In this document: one piece after another, positions 11,476 to 19,660 of the stretch
How the letters are laid out: every line of letters begins with the position of its first letter
How positions within the stretch are numbered: position 1 is the first letter of the stretch
Origin: Microcystaceae cyanobacterium
GTDB taxonomy: Bacteria; Cyanobacteriota; Cyanobacteriia; Cyanobacteriales; Microcystaceae
NCBI GenBank assembly: GCA_041746575.1
Contig: JBGTGT010000123.1
Span: forward strand, 76,688-140,687
Direction of reading: 5' to 3'
DNA length: 64,000 bases
Translations under genes and position numbers: made by a program
The notes under the pieces: generated by a model
Told to the model about the DNA's origin: nothing
What the model saw: only the letters and a program-made list of their open reading frames with translations
The model's database searches: none

Positions 11476-11937
11476 CTATCCCGGATTACAGGTGACACAT
11501 CTTCGCCAAGGACCAAACCCAGCCCACTCCCCAATTCGTCCGAAACGAGACGTACATTCTCCGCATGCTAAACCAACCCGAGAAGTTAGCCCTTCTATTG
11601 CCTTTTCTCCGGCGCCGGCTTGCTTCCATAAGCGATCAGCTTTACTCAGTTCACCTTTTTGTTTTTTAATGTCTCCTAGACGCGTTTTAGCCACAATCAA
11701 AACGTCAACGTCTTTATTGTTTAGAACTTCTTCGATGGCTTTGTTAAAGAAAAACTCTGCATCATTGGTGTTCCCTGCTTCACTGGCTGCTATTCCGTCT
11801 TCTAACGCTTTCAAAGCTTCGCTATCGCGGGGCGTCTGAGCTGATGCAACTACAGGCGACATTACTAATACGGTTAAGCTGAGCATCAATGCTAGGACAA
11901 GGGAGCAGAGCATTGTCAAGGGAGACCGTCTTTTCAT
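11476..11937 (-). CDS. Secreted protein with TPR-like helices and a C-terminal CxxC-x18-CxxC tail
   Basis: Signal peptide ending ASA-Q, TPR-like helices, C-terminal CGEC...CVTC, AAGGA RBS upstream. Confidence 0.75.
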   Translation of the reverse strand: MKRRSPLTMLCSLVLALMLSLTVLVMSPVVASAQTPRDSEALKALEDGIAASEAGNTNDAEFFFNKAIEEVLNNKDVDVLIVAKTRLGDIKKQKGELSKADRLWKQAGAGEKAIEGLTSRVGLACGECTSRFGRIGEWAGFGPWRRCVTCNPG

Positions 11938-12038
11938 AAGTCAAATTTCCTTTTTTAAAAACAACTGAGATAAGACATCAGAATTCTAGAGAATGATTCC
12001 CGTGAATTTTCGACTTTTTTAACAAAAATTCATATCTC

Positions 12039-12404
12039 TTAGCGGAGTTCAATATCTGAGCGATCACGAACAACGGATTCAACTTCTGGCAAAGCGGCAA
12101 TCTTTTCTGCGACCATTGGCGTACCTAACAAAGCGACAAGGGGAAAGGCTGTTGGCTCTCCTATCGCCAAAACCTGATCTTCTAACCCCTCCTGTTGAAG
12201 CCATTGTTGGAGTTTTTGTTGAAAAGCTTGGTTATAAGCGATTCCACTTTCATAGATAGCCCCCCGTCCTTGAACAGATTTTGAGCTTTCATTTTCTGGT
12301 TTTAGCCGAATAATGTAAGGGTGTACGTCTGGAGGTAACTTTGAATAATCGCCGAGTAAAGGCTGAATGTTGGATGAAACATCTTGATCGGGTGGAATTT
12401 CCAT
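12039..12404 (-). CDS. Putative stand-alone subtilase propeptide / inhibitor I9-like protein
   Basis: YIIRLK near the N-terminus and AEKIAALPEVESVVRD at the C-terminus match the I9 pattern; ATG at 12404 lies 13 bp after the S8 stop. Confidence 0.55.
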   Translation of the reverse strand: MEIPPDQDVSSNIQPLLGDYSKLPPDVHPYIIRLKPENESSKSVQGRGAIYESGIAYNQAFQQKLQQWLQQEGLEDQVLAIGEPTAFPLVALLGTPMVAEKIAALPEVESVVRDRSDIELR

Positions 12405-12417
12405 AGAAAAACAATAA

Positions 12418-13797
12418 CTAAGAACAGGTAGGAACAAATCTAGCTAATCCAGCACCGACTCGTGCGGCGGGTTGATCATTAAGCTTAAGGGTATTGTTGA
12501 GGAGTTTTGCTCTAACGTCTTCTGGGGTTAATGAAGGCTCTTGACAGAAATATAAAGCCGCAATTCCCGTAACATAAGGGGCTGCCATACTGGTGCCACT
12601 TAAATTTTTATAGAGAGAGGAACCCTCGTAATCTCTTTCGTAGCTAGAATATATATTCACGCCATAGCCTACTAAATCCGGCTTACTGACGTTTCCGTCT
12701 TCATCTGCTTGTCCACTACCCGACAAGTCAAAGATTTGATGATTGAAATCCACAGCACCGATCCCCAAAATTTCCTTAAAACCCGCAGGAAATCTTAAAT
12801 TGTCTTGGCCTTCATTGCCGATTGCCGCAATGGGCAATATATTTGCTTTAATTAGCATTTGCAGAATTTTCCGCATGGTCTTGAGGCGTCCTTTGAACTC
12901 AGCGTCGGATTCGATATCCGTCGCCAATGAGCGGCTAAAACCAAGGGACATATTGAGAACGGCGGGAAGATTTTCATTTTCGGGGCGACTGAAATGAGAC
13001 AAGAGCCACTCCAATCCAGCCGCAACTCGAATAAGGTCAGTGCGAGAACTGCCGCTTTCGATCACTGACGCAACGTATAATTTGGACTCAGGTGCTATCC
13101 CTACCCGATTACCGCCAACAATACCGCAAACGTGTGTACCATGACCGTCAGGATCAAACCCTCGTACATCACGAGGCGGCCATTTGAAATCTTGGGGAAA
13201 GAGAGAGACGTAGCGATAGGTTACAGGACGACTAAATTCTTGATGATCGGCGTCTATTCCACTATCGAGAACCCCCACGAGAACATCTTGTCCTCTGATG
13301 TTTTGCTCGTGTGCTTCTGCTACCCCGCTAGTAATGCGCCATTCCTCCTCCTTAGCGCAACGGTATCCCCGAGCGTCATCATGAGTGATTGGCTGGGTTA
13401 AAAATAAGGGAAAATTAGGGAGAAATAAATAATCGCTATCTAGATCGCTTTTGGCATCGTTTTCTTCCTTCTCATCACAAAAATAGGCGGCAGTCACTCC
13501 CAGGGCATTGAGACTAGAAAATATTCCTTTTGAACAGGAAGATGCGTCTTCCGTTTGTAGCTTTTGAATATTCTCAAGACCCAGTTTTTGTAACTTATTG
13601 GGGACAGAAAACTCAGCATCTGGGTCATCTCTTCTCCATTCTAGCGGCTGCTGAGTTCCTCGACTACGTTGCATGATGGATCGAGAAGAAGTTGTATTCG
13701 AGTCAGCTTGACAAGTATGCTTGGGAACAACAAGATAGGCGTTGGCAAACTCTTGTTCTAAAGAATTAAGCGTTCTCTTCATCGAGGATTGAGGCAT
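12418..13797 (-). CDS. S8 subtilisin-like serine protease, no signal peptide
   Basis: Catalytic triad VLDSG, HGTHVCG, SGTSMAAP; oxyanion AAIGN. Confidence 0.93.
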   Translation of the reverse strand: MPQSSMKRTLNSLEQEFANAYLVVPKHTCQADSNTTSSRSIMQRSRGTQQPLEWRRDDPDAEFSVPNKLQKLGLENIQKLQTEDASSCSKGIFSSLNALGVTAAYFCDEKEENDAKSDLDSDYLFLPNFPLFLTQPITHDDARGYRCAKEEEWRITSGVAEAHEQNIRGQDVLVGVLDSGIDADHQEFSRPVTYRYVSLFPQDFKWPPRDVRGFDPDGHGTHVCGIVGGNRVGIAPESKLYVASVIESGSSRTDLIRVAAGLEWLLSHFSRPENENLPAVLNMSLGFSRSLATDIESDAEFKGRLKTMRKILQMLIKANILPIAAIGNEGQDNLRFPAGFKEILGIGAVDFNHQIFDLSGSGQADEDGNVSKPDLVGYGVNIYSSYERDYEGSSLYKNLSGTSMAAPYVTGIAALYFCQEPSLTPEDVRAKLLNNTLKLNDQPAARVGAGLARFVPTCS

Positions 13798-13975
13798 AGG
13801 AATAATGGGCTAAAGTTTAATGAGTAATAAGTTAGGGATACAACATAGATTGATTTTTTCCTTAAATTGTCTGCTTATCGTAACTCACTTTTATTTGAGC
13901 CTTTGACGCACTGTAATATTTATTTAATATTCAACGCACTAAGCAAACATAAATAGCTACTCATCGTTATTTTTT

Positions 13976-15718
13976 CTAAAAAAAGCGATAATTAATCGTA
14001 AAATAAAGCCCTTGCTCCTGTAAGGTCTGATCACTCGATTCAACATCAATTAAGGGAATTCCCCAATCAAAACGCGCTGTAAAATTGTCCCCCATCTGCC
14101 ACTGTAGCCCCAGTCCTATGCCTAGCAACGTATTTGGTACAGGAGTTAAGAGGGGATTACCCGTATCATTCCAAGCTACCCCAAAATCGATAAAAGGAGC
14201 AACTTGTAGAATGCCATTCACTTCATCAACCCGAAGAATTGGCAAACGCACTTCTGCTGAGGCGAAAACCCCATTATCCGTTAATAATAGATCCTGTCGA
14301 TAGCCTCGCACCGTATATAAACCCCCCAAAGTAAATTGCTCCAACGGAACAAGGGGTTGAGTCGTAAACTGTAAGGAAGAACGGAGAAGAAGCAAAGTAT
14401 CGGGTGCCAGCGATCGCACATACTGTCCTTGCCCTTGCCATTCAAAAAAGCGGCTATCGGGGGGATTATTATTTGTCGTTGCATCAAAGATATCTAAGCC
14501 AAAACTAAACTGAGAACGAAGAATAAAGATATCCTGAGAGCCTCGCTGAGTCCACTCTTGAAAAAAGCGTAGGGCTGAAATCCTTGTTTTCCCTTGATCA
14601 TTTGCGCCAGGTGAAAGAGGGAAACCTATGCCTAAGAGCCGAGTTTGACTCGCTGAATAGGAGGCGGTGATTCCCAAGGCCAATTCTTGGGTCGGAGTTT
14701 GCCAAATCGGTTGGCGAAAGCTTAGATCAAGATAAAGGGAATCCCCTTCAATATCTAAACGGTCAAAAGGGGCTTCAATCACCTGACTCGCCGTCCCTTG
14801 CGCTGTCAATTGCACTGTGCCATTGTAAGCATTAACAGGGATTGTGTAACTGCCATAAATGGCGTTACTGCCCTCCGTATTGGCGTATTCTATCCTCAAG
14901 CCGTCGCCAATACCGAATAAATTGCCTTGATTGAGGTCAATTCCCCGCTCAAAACTGCCAATACTGGGTACTCGGCTATTATCCAGAAAAACATTCAGAT
15001 AAAAAGAATCAGCTTCTTGGACTTTAACCGACAGAATACTCAATTCAGGGCGGCTTCCTGCTGACAAATCGGCGGAAATCGTTTCAATAAGGGGATCTAA
15101 TTGTAAGAGTTGTAGGGCTTCTAAGAGGCGATTTTGATTGAGGGGTGGGGCGGTGGCAATGGCTAACCGCTTGCGAACATAATCGGGGTTCAATCGTCCT
15201 TCAACCGTCACGTTGATGTCTTCAATGCCTCCTTCAATCACTTGCATTTTAACCACGGCGCGCTCAGGGGTAAAAACCTGTCCGGCGGGAATAAGCGCAC
15301 CCGAATTGATATATCCTGCGTTGACATAGTGTTGGGTAATCGCCGCCTCCGCTTGTAGTAATTGAGCAAAAGTGATGGGTTTATCGGTAAAAGGGGCGGT
15401 CACTTCCCTTAATTCTTGATCGCTAAACGCCGTATTGCCCTCAAATTCAAAGCGAATAATGGTAATATTTTGGGGCAAGTTGGGTTGATTTTGAGGAGAG
15501 GGAAGGGGTGTCGGAGGGATATCTAAGGAAGGAGCAGGAGGCGTCTGGGGAATCGGAATCGGTTCTGGCGATCTAGGGGGCAAAATAAAGGGACTCAGCG
15601 GCGGTTGGGAGCGAGGAGGAGTCGGATTTTGCGCATTTGCTCTCTCTTGAGAAAAAACAACGAATCCCTTTAATATCAATAAAACTAATAAATTTGCACT
15701 TAAACAGCGAAAATACAC
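13976..15718 (-). CDS. TpsB (ShlB/FhaC/HecB) outer-membrane transporter
   Basis: Signal, Pro-rich linker, POTRA (F.FEGNTAFS, Y...GYINSGA), VRGY motif, terminal aromatic residues. Confidence 0.95.
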   Translation of the reverse strand: MYFRCLSANLLVLLILKGFVVFSQERANAQNPTPPRSQPPLSPFILPPRSPEPIPIPQTPPAPSLDIPPTPLPSPQNQPNLPQNITIIRFEFEGNTAFSDQELREVTAPFTDKPITFAQLLQAEAAITQHYVNAGYINSGALIPAGQVFTPERAVVKMQVIEGGIEDINVTVEGRLNPDYVRKRLAIATAPPLNQNRLLEALQLLQLDPLIETISADLSAGSRPELSILSVKVQEADSFYLNVFLDNSRVPSIGSFERGIDLNQGNLFGIGDGLRIEYANTEGSNAIYGSYTIPVNAYNGTVQLTAQGTASQVIEAPFDRLDIEGDSLYLDLSFRQPIWQTPTQELALGITASYSASQTRLLGIGFPLSPGANDQGKTRISALRFFQEWTQRGSQDIFILRSQFSFGLDIFDATTNNNPPDSRFFEWQGQGQYVRSLAPDTLLLLRSSLQFTTQPLVPLEQFTLGGLYTVRGYRQDLLLTDNGVFASAEVRLPILRVDEVNGILQVAPFIDFGVAWNDTGNPLLTPVPNTLLGIGLGLQWQMGDNFTARFDWGIPLIDVESSDQTLQEQGLYFTINYRFF

Positions 15719-15984
15719 AGTTTACTTTTGATTTCTAACGTTGCTTAACTTTTATTTGAGAATAACATAGACTTCTTGAATCTTAAAAAAAATTTGACAT
15801 CATCCAAAAGTTCGGCTACCACTGAAATAAAACATCCTTTTCTACAGTTGTTTTGTTTGCAACTTGACGGAGGCAGGACTTCGCCTTTTATAATTCCTCT
15901 TTTCATTTTTATCGTCCATTTAAACCCCTGTTGAGTTAATCTAAAAACTTTAGAAAATCCCTATTTTTGCCATAAATAAGTAAA

Positions 15985-16713
15985 ATGCTCAATAAACAGC
16001 TTATTCTTTATCCAATCCTTCTAGGGCTATTGGTTCTGGAGACGACTCCCACTGTCGCCCAATCTCATCCTCCAGCATCTGATCCAACCCCTCGCATTTT
16101 GACTAGAGTCTTATTTAAGCCACCCCCAGAGGACAAAAAACCGCATCAAACTAGAGCGGCAGGTTCTCGTAATGAAGGACGTTGTCCTCAAGATAGAGAT
16201 TCTTCATCAACACCTCTGACTCCCCTCGTTCCTTCCGCTTCCTTTGGCTTAACAACAACAGAACGCCCCACTTTATGGTTAATGATACCCAAAACAACTG
16301 CTAGACAGGTGGTGTTAAGCATTCGAGAAGAAGGCATCCAATATCACTCCAAAACCCTGATTCCGATTACGGGTGAGTCTGGCGTTATTGGTTTACAACC
16401 CTCCGCAGATGCGCCTCCTTTAGCGACCGGCAAAACCTATCAATGGGGGGTAGTATTGGTCTGTGGAAAAACCCCGACGCCGAATGATCCCTCCTTTGCG
16501 GTTTGGGTAAAACGGGTGGCTATTGGCAATCCCCCTCAGCACGGCTCAACTTTGGAACAAGCCGCTTGGTATGGTAATCAGGGGATTTGGTACGATGCTT
16601 TAACCCATCTCGTGAAAGCCAGTCAATCTCAGCCGAATGATCCCGAATTAAAAGATATTTGGCATAATTTTCTTCAATCCGGAGGAATATTATCGAACGC
16701 TGATGAAGAGTAA
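15985..16713 (+). CDS. DUF928 family exported protein
   Basis: Signal peptide, F.PP..., T..AGSR..C, LTPLVP, T..ERPTLW, G..YQW, GIWYDAL. Confidence 0.88.
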   Translation: MLNKQLILYPILLGLLVLETTPTVAQSHPPASDPTPRILTRVLFKPPPEDKKPHQTRAAGSRNEGRCPQDRDSSSTPLTPLVPSASFGLTTTERPTLWLMIPKTTARQVVLSIREEGIQYHSKTLIPITGESGVIGLQPSADAPPLATGKTYQWGVVLVCGKTPTPNDPSFAVWVKRVAIGNPPQHGSTLEQAAWYGNQGIWYDALTHLVKASQSQPNDPELKDIWHNFLQSGGILSNADEE

Positions 16714-16727
16714 AAAGTCTTATAATC

Positions 16728-19436
16728 TTATTTTAGGAGTTCTTTCTCGATAAATGCCTTATTTTCAGGTGTTTCTGATTGCTTTAGGTATTCAAGAGCC
16801 ATGCGTCCAATTTGTTCATCGTCTCGATAGGCTTCTAATAAAGCGTCTAAGGTGAGATGAAATTGAAGCTGATCTCGTTGCTTGTTGGTAATGAGCAGTA
16901 AGATGGTCGTCCCCCCTAAAAGAGCGATTAAAGAAGGCATAACAGGCAACCACCACCCCTCTATAAAGGCAAGGTAGCATCCCCCCACCAGTCCCCCACT
17001 GATCCCTAAAGAAACGATGAGAATCGCTTTAAGCGATTTAAATCGCCAACTGATGCTAGCACCGACGGCGGCCATCACTAAAATCCACAACCCTTCCCAG
17101 AAATCGGGCAAAACCCGCAGTAAGGGTCGCCCATCTAAGGCAGCACTGAGCAGTTGGCTGGCAATATTAGCCTGAATAACGATTCCCGGCATCATTGCAG
17201 GGGAATTCAAGAACGGACTGCTATAAGGGGTATAGAACAAGTCATTGATGCTTTCGGCGGTTGTTCCGATTAAAACTAAGCGATCGCGGAAATCATCGGG
17301 AGAAATGGGGTTATTCAGAATTTCTCTTAAGGAAAAAGTTCTAAAATTAGGTTCTGTTCCTCGAAAATTAAGCAAAATCTGGTAACCGCCTGACTGGGTG
17401 CGTACATATCCCCCATCGTTCCCAGTGAACCGCTCAAAGTCGGCTTTTCCCAGACGCACCCGTTGTCCCTGTTGATCGAGAGATTCAAGCGTAATATTAT
17501 GGACTTCAAGATAATGCAAGGCTAACTTTACGGCAAAACTGTAGCGAATCTCGTCATCCGCGAGAATCATCGACAATAAGGCACGACGAACTTTTCCATC
17601 TCCATCGACCACTAGATCGGCAAAACCAATTTGTTGACGTTGATTAAGGTAGGGAGAAGGGGCAATTGTCATACCGATCGCTTTTTCGATGCCGAATAGA
17701 TAGGGGGTCGATTGAAACAGTTGAACTAAATCACGATGACCGGGTTCGACGGGTAAATCTCGATAAAGATCGAGTCCAATGGCTTGAGGTTGGGCGGCTT
17801 TAATCCGGCTCAGGGCTTGAGCTAAGATACGGTCGGGGATCGGCCACTGTCCAACTTGAGCCAAGTCTGTCTCATCGATGGTTACAATTACAACTCGTTC
17901 GTCAGGGGGTTCTAGCGGTCGCCAACGTAGGAATCGATCAAATCCGTGCCATTCTAAGCCCTGTAGCAGTCCACTGAAGCGCAGGAGGAGAAGGGGGATA
18001 GTTACCCCTAGGGCTGTAAGGGGAATCCATTTGCACTCGGTTCTTCGTTTCAGAATGGTTTGTTTGGCGATCGCTCTAGCGGATGCTAGTAAGTGACTAG
18101 CTTGTTCGGTAACATCTAAGAGGTGCTGGGTTTGTTGTTTGGCGACATCTTGACTGGCTACTAAAAATTGATAATCTTCTTCGCTGAGGCATTTTCCTAA
18201 TCCCCACGTTAAGGCTTTTTGCAATTCTACCCCTTGTAACAAATAGAGAGTATCCTGACGTTCAGACGCAGACCAAGCGGCGATCGCACTGGCATACGGT
18301 CGCAATTGCTCTAATTGTTGTTCTAGCCAATTTTGGTCAAAAACCGCTTCATAAATGGGATTATGAATTTTGAGGTGTCCTTGCTTTTCGACCACTAACC
18401 CTGACATTCGTAATTCCATCTGTTCAGCACTGCCGTCAGCAGGAATTTCGCCTTGTTGCCATATTTTTTGATAAAGTCCTAGTAATTGAACGGCTTTTTC
18501 TTCGTTTTTAAGAATTCTGTCTCGGATCGTTTTTAAATGTTGGGGTTCGTCTTGAACAACCCAGTTTTTGACAATCTGATTGCGTACTATTTGTTCAATG
18601 GTGGGAAGTGTCGTAATGGGTGAAGTGGCATCAAAGAGAAGGGATTGGGATTTGACGACTAAATGACAGAGTTTTTGGGTAAGAAAGGGCTGTCCTCCTG
18701 TCCAGTCTAGAATTTCTCGGATCACGGCTTCAGGATACTCTATCGTCCCTTTTAATCCTTCCATTAAGGGTTGGACTTCGGCAAAAGAAAAGCCAGATAG
18801 TTGAATAGCCTGACCAATATTAAAGGGGGTTTGTTTTTTATCACGAATTAAGTCAGAGGGAGAGGCAACTCCTAACAGGGCAAAGGTCAAACGTTTGTAA
18901 TCGGAATGGGTATTCCGTCTCTCGTAACAATAGCGAATTAGTCTAAACAGGTCATCAAGGGAAAAGGATTGACTGAGAACATAATCAATTTCATCAATAA
19001 AAATAGCGATATTCTGCTTGATTTCAACTAAGAGAATTTCTTCGATAAATAAACTTAAACATTGTACGGGTGAAAACATTTCCCGCTGTTTCTTCCACCA
19101 GGTTCGCCATTCAAATTTCGAGATGAGTTGACCGCCATTGACTAGGGTATAAAAAATGCCAGCATACCACGTTTCGGGGGTTACATTCTGACTGCCGAGG
19201 CACGTTAGGTCAATACAAACACAAATGATCCCTTCTGCTTCTAATCGCTTCATCGTTCGCACTCGCAAGCTGGATTTGCCCATTTGCCGCGAGTTGAGGA
19301 CATAACAAAACTGCCCGATTTTTAAGGCTTGATAAAAGGCTACGTCTGCCTGTCGTTTTACATAGCTAGGCGCATCACTGTCGAGACTTCCGCCGACTTG
19401 ATACACATAAGTTGATGGCATTGCTGTCATGGACAA
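16728..19436 (-). CDS. AAA_35 (STAND-like) NTPase - TM - CHASE2 - 3TM receptor
   Basis: YQVGGSL, NSRQMGKSS, IFIDEID, TPFNIG, WTGGQPFLTQ; CHASE2 WPIPD, IGLDLYRD, D.DG.VRR, VLIG.TA..ND; three C-terminal TM helices. Confidence 0.9.
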   Translation of the reverse strand: MSMTAMPSTYVYQVGGSLDSDAPSYVKRQADVAFYQALKIGQFCYVLNSRQMGKSSLRVRTMKRLEAEGIICVCIDLTCLGSQNVTPETWYAGIFYTLVNGGQLISKFEWRTWWKKQREMFSPVQCLSLFIEEILLVEIKQNIAIFIDEIDYVLSQSFSLDDLFRLIRYCYERRNTHSDYKRLTFALLGVASPSDLIRDKKQTPFNIGQAIQLSGFSFAEVQPLMEGLKGTIEYPEAVIREILDWTGGQPFLTQKLCHLVVKSQSLLFDATSPITTLPTIEQIVRNQIVKNWVVQDEPQHLKTIRDRILKNEEKAVQLLGLYQKIWQQGEIPADGSAEQMELRMSGLVVEKQGHLKIHNPIYEAVFDQNWLEQQLEQLRPYASAIAAWSASERQDTLYLLQGVELQKALTWGLGKCLSEEDYQFLVASQDVAKQQTQHLLDVTEQASHLLASARAIAKQTILKRRTECKWIPLTALGVTIPLLLLRFSGLLQGLEWHGFDRFLRWRPLEPPDERVVIVTIDETDLAQVGQWPIPDRILAQALSRIKAAQPQAIGLDLYRDLPVEPGHRDLVQLFQSTPYLFGIEKAIGMTIAPSPYLNQRQQIGFADLVVDGDGKVRRALLSMILADDEIRYSFAVKLALHYLEVHNITLESLDQQGQRVRLGKADFERFTGNDGGYVRTQSGGYQILLNFRGTEPNFRTFSLREILNNPISPDDFRDRLVLIGTTAESINDLFYTPYSSPFLNSPAMMPGIVIQANIASQLLSAALDGRPLLRVLPDFWEGLWILVMAAVGASISWRFKSLKAILIVSLGISGGLVGGCYLAFIEGWWLPVMPSLIALLGGTTILLLITNKQRDQLQFHLTLDALLEAYRDDEQIGRMALEYLKQSETPENKAFIEKELLK

Positions 19437-19510
19437 CGTTTTTTGATGTCAGTCTCTACGATTCCACTCTCCATTATTTATTAAGTTTAATAGCTTGTCA
19501 AGTTTCGGAG

Positions 19511-19580
19511 AGTTTGACGGTTTAAAACGGCATAAATGACATTCAACTTTTATTCTATTAGGTTAAGTTTGACGGTTTAA
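19511..19580. promoter_or_regulatory. Perfect 15-bp direct repeat upstream of the AAA_35-CHASE2 gene
   Basis: AGTTTGACGGTTTAA at 19511-19525 and 19566-19580. Confidence 0.5.
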
Positions 19581-19660
19581 TTACAGTTTTCTGTTAATGA
19601 GTTGTGTTTTTCTAGAGTAATGTAGCGAGCTTAAAATAAGGGATAAGAAGACGGTTTTTG

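Noticed and set aside
8510..14409. No HIP1 octamer found by eye across tpsA and the S8 cassette, as possible evidence of foreign origin
   Set aside because: Gaps of similar size occur in core genes (about 59000-63520), so this is not convincing without statistics
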